This document shows positions 62,018 to 64,000 of a stretch of DNA of 64,000 nucleotides, piece by piece. Position 1 is the stretch's first letter. Each line of letters begins with the position of its first letter. Made by a program: the position numbers and the translations under genes. The notes under the pieces are model-generated. The model was given only the letters and a program-made list of their open reading frames with translations. It searched no databases and was not told the origin of the DNA. Source of the DNA: Mobula birostris (taxonomy: Eukaryota); assembly GCF_030028105.1 (NCBI RefSeq), contig NC_092374.1, forward strand, positions 80,734,948-80,798,947, in the 5' to 3' direction.

Positions 62018-63099
62018 ATTTATTGTAATTTATAATTCCGTTATTATGTTTTAAAATGTACTGCTGCCACAAAACAACAAATTTCATGGCATTAAATATG
62101 ATTCTGATATCCTCAATGTGAAGCCTGGACTTTGCATTCACAAGGATTCTGTGGCAGTCACATCTCCCTTGCTGTCATGAATGGAACCGTATACAACACT
62201 AGAATGGGTGATGACAAGGTCATATACGTTCATTAGTTGTCTGGTTTGTTCATCACTGGTTGCAGACTCAGTTTTTCACATGTGTTGGAGGTAGTACTAC
62301 CACAATATGGTGATGAGTGTTGAAATTCCCCACATCTAGTGCTTCCTGTAAGTATTGTTCAACATGGGGACGAATGATATATCAGCTGAGGGAGAATGAT
62401 AGATGATAGTAAAGAGGAGCTTTACTTATCCATGTTCATCCTGATGCAGTGAGACTTTGTATGATATGGAATTGGTGCTGAGGACCCCTTGGCTACTTGC
62501 CCCTGCCTGTATAGCACAATACAGGTCCCAGTGCCAATACATCCGCCTTATGTCAACATCACTAAGTCTATCCTGCCTGTGAGAAACACTTTCTTTGGGA
62601 TTGTGGTAGAGGTGTTGGCACATTGACAGTATTGTGGGAATCTGTGAGGATGACTATGCCCCGTTGTGGCTTGTCTCTGAGACGTAAGTCCCCTGATGCT
62701 CATTAGGAGGATTTTGTAAGATTAACTGTTTGGGGTTGATTTGCCAGACCTGTCTCAATGGATGCTGCCTGACATGTTGAGTGTTTCTGCTTTTATTTTA
62801 CATTTCCACTATCTGCAGTTTTTAAAAAAAGTATTCATTCAAAATATATTTTGCTGTGTTTGGTTCCTTAGTATACAAAATGCCAATTATCTTCATTCAC
62901 TTGAATCTCAGTGAGCTATTGGGTGGATACTGGTGGCCTGTTTAGTAGGGCATCTCAAATGTTGCACTGGGTCTTGACTTGGGTATGCTGTAGGCCTGAC
63001 AACTAAGAGCACGAGAGGCCATAGTGAACTCCAAGGGCTTTAACAAACATGTACAAAAGCTAGAATGCACTGAGGCAGCACCCATCATTAATTTATTAT

Positions 63100-63345
63100 T
63101 TGTTGAGATACAGCACAGAATAGGCACTTCCAACACTTCAGGTCAGGTTGCCCATAACCCCTGATTTAATCCTAGCCCAATCACAGTACAGTTTATAATG
63201 AGCAATTAACCTACCAACTGGTACAAAATGGGGAGAATGTACAAGCTCCTTACAGACAGTGGGGGCGGGGGTGGGGGGGAAGATTTGAACTCAGGTTGCC
63301 TGTACTGTAAAATGTTGTGCTAACCACTATGTTATCCTGCCACTC
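63100..63345 (-). mobile_element. V-SINE-like SINE (degenerate)
   Basis: Minus-strand A-box-like TAGTGGTTAGCAC, B-box-like GAGTTCAAATC, and a V-SINE-type tail. Confidence 0.55.
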
Positions 63346-64000
63346 TAGGTACTGCCATCACCCAGGTCATGTCTTGCTCTAATTGTTACTATGAGGTAGG
63401 AGGTACAGGAGCCTGAAGGCACAGACTCAACAATTTAGGAGCAGCTTCTTCCCCTTTGCCATCTGATTCTGAATGGATGTTGAACCCATGAATGCTACCT
63501 CACTACCTTATTTCTGTTCTTGCATTACATTTTAATGTATAAAAATAGAAATAAGGTAGTGAGGTGTGTAGTCGAACTACTACTCCCAGTAAAGAGCAGG
63601 GAAAACATAACAAATTGGGACCTGGTTTAGGATCTTGCAGGATCGTTGACCTGACATAATTAATATGTAGTCAAATATTATATTAGAAAAACTCGTGGCA
63701 CTGAGACCATTCAATCTTCTGTGTCCATGGTGGACCTTTGCACGGCCAGTTATACTGATGGTACACTCACTAAAATACTCACAGAAAGTGACTGACAGCT
63801 GCAGAAAAGAACCTTGTAGAAGTTACCCTGCTGCAGCTTTGCAGATCAATTCACTGCAGGTCTCTTGCTATGATTTGACAGTGTCTTTCTGCAGCTGGCT
63901 GGTGGTGATTATAAAAGGCAACAATTTTGGTGACCTTTCCAAAAGGTGAATGACTTGAAATGATGTTCAGGGCTGTTAAACACACTCGGGGTTGGTGGGG

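Overview
Eukaryotic, repeat-rich vertebrate DNA. The CR1, V-SINE and Penelope families and the 67-bp satellite suggest a cartilaginous fish, probably a ray (inference). The window carries the conserved NAA38(-)/CYB5D1(+)/CHD3(+) gene block. It contains NAA38 exons 1-2 (exon 3 lies left of the window), a ~500-bp CpG-rich bidirectional promoter, the complete 4-exon CYB5D1 CDS (5461-27858), and the CHD3 promoter/CpG island with coding exons 1-2. Most of the rest is transposon-derived. This includes a near-intact CR1 ORF2 with one nonsense codon, Rex1/Babar and RTE-related remnants, tRNA-derived SINEs, Tigger/Tc1 and hAT DNA transposons, three tandem arrays (32, 43 and 67 bp), and many Penelope-like elements (PLEs). 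The most unusual signal is the PLE population. It carries minimal, dimer-type hammerhead ribozyme motifs and repeatedly inserts as asymmetric inverted repeats with ~14-bp target-site duplications, down to ~140-225-bp non-coding mini-elements. A multi-level nested TE stack lies at 35.1-42.4 kb. No prokaryotic systems are present, and most ORF-track entries are spurious. All calls were made by eye; comparisons with human proteins are from recall and need alignment.
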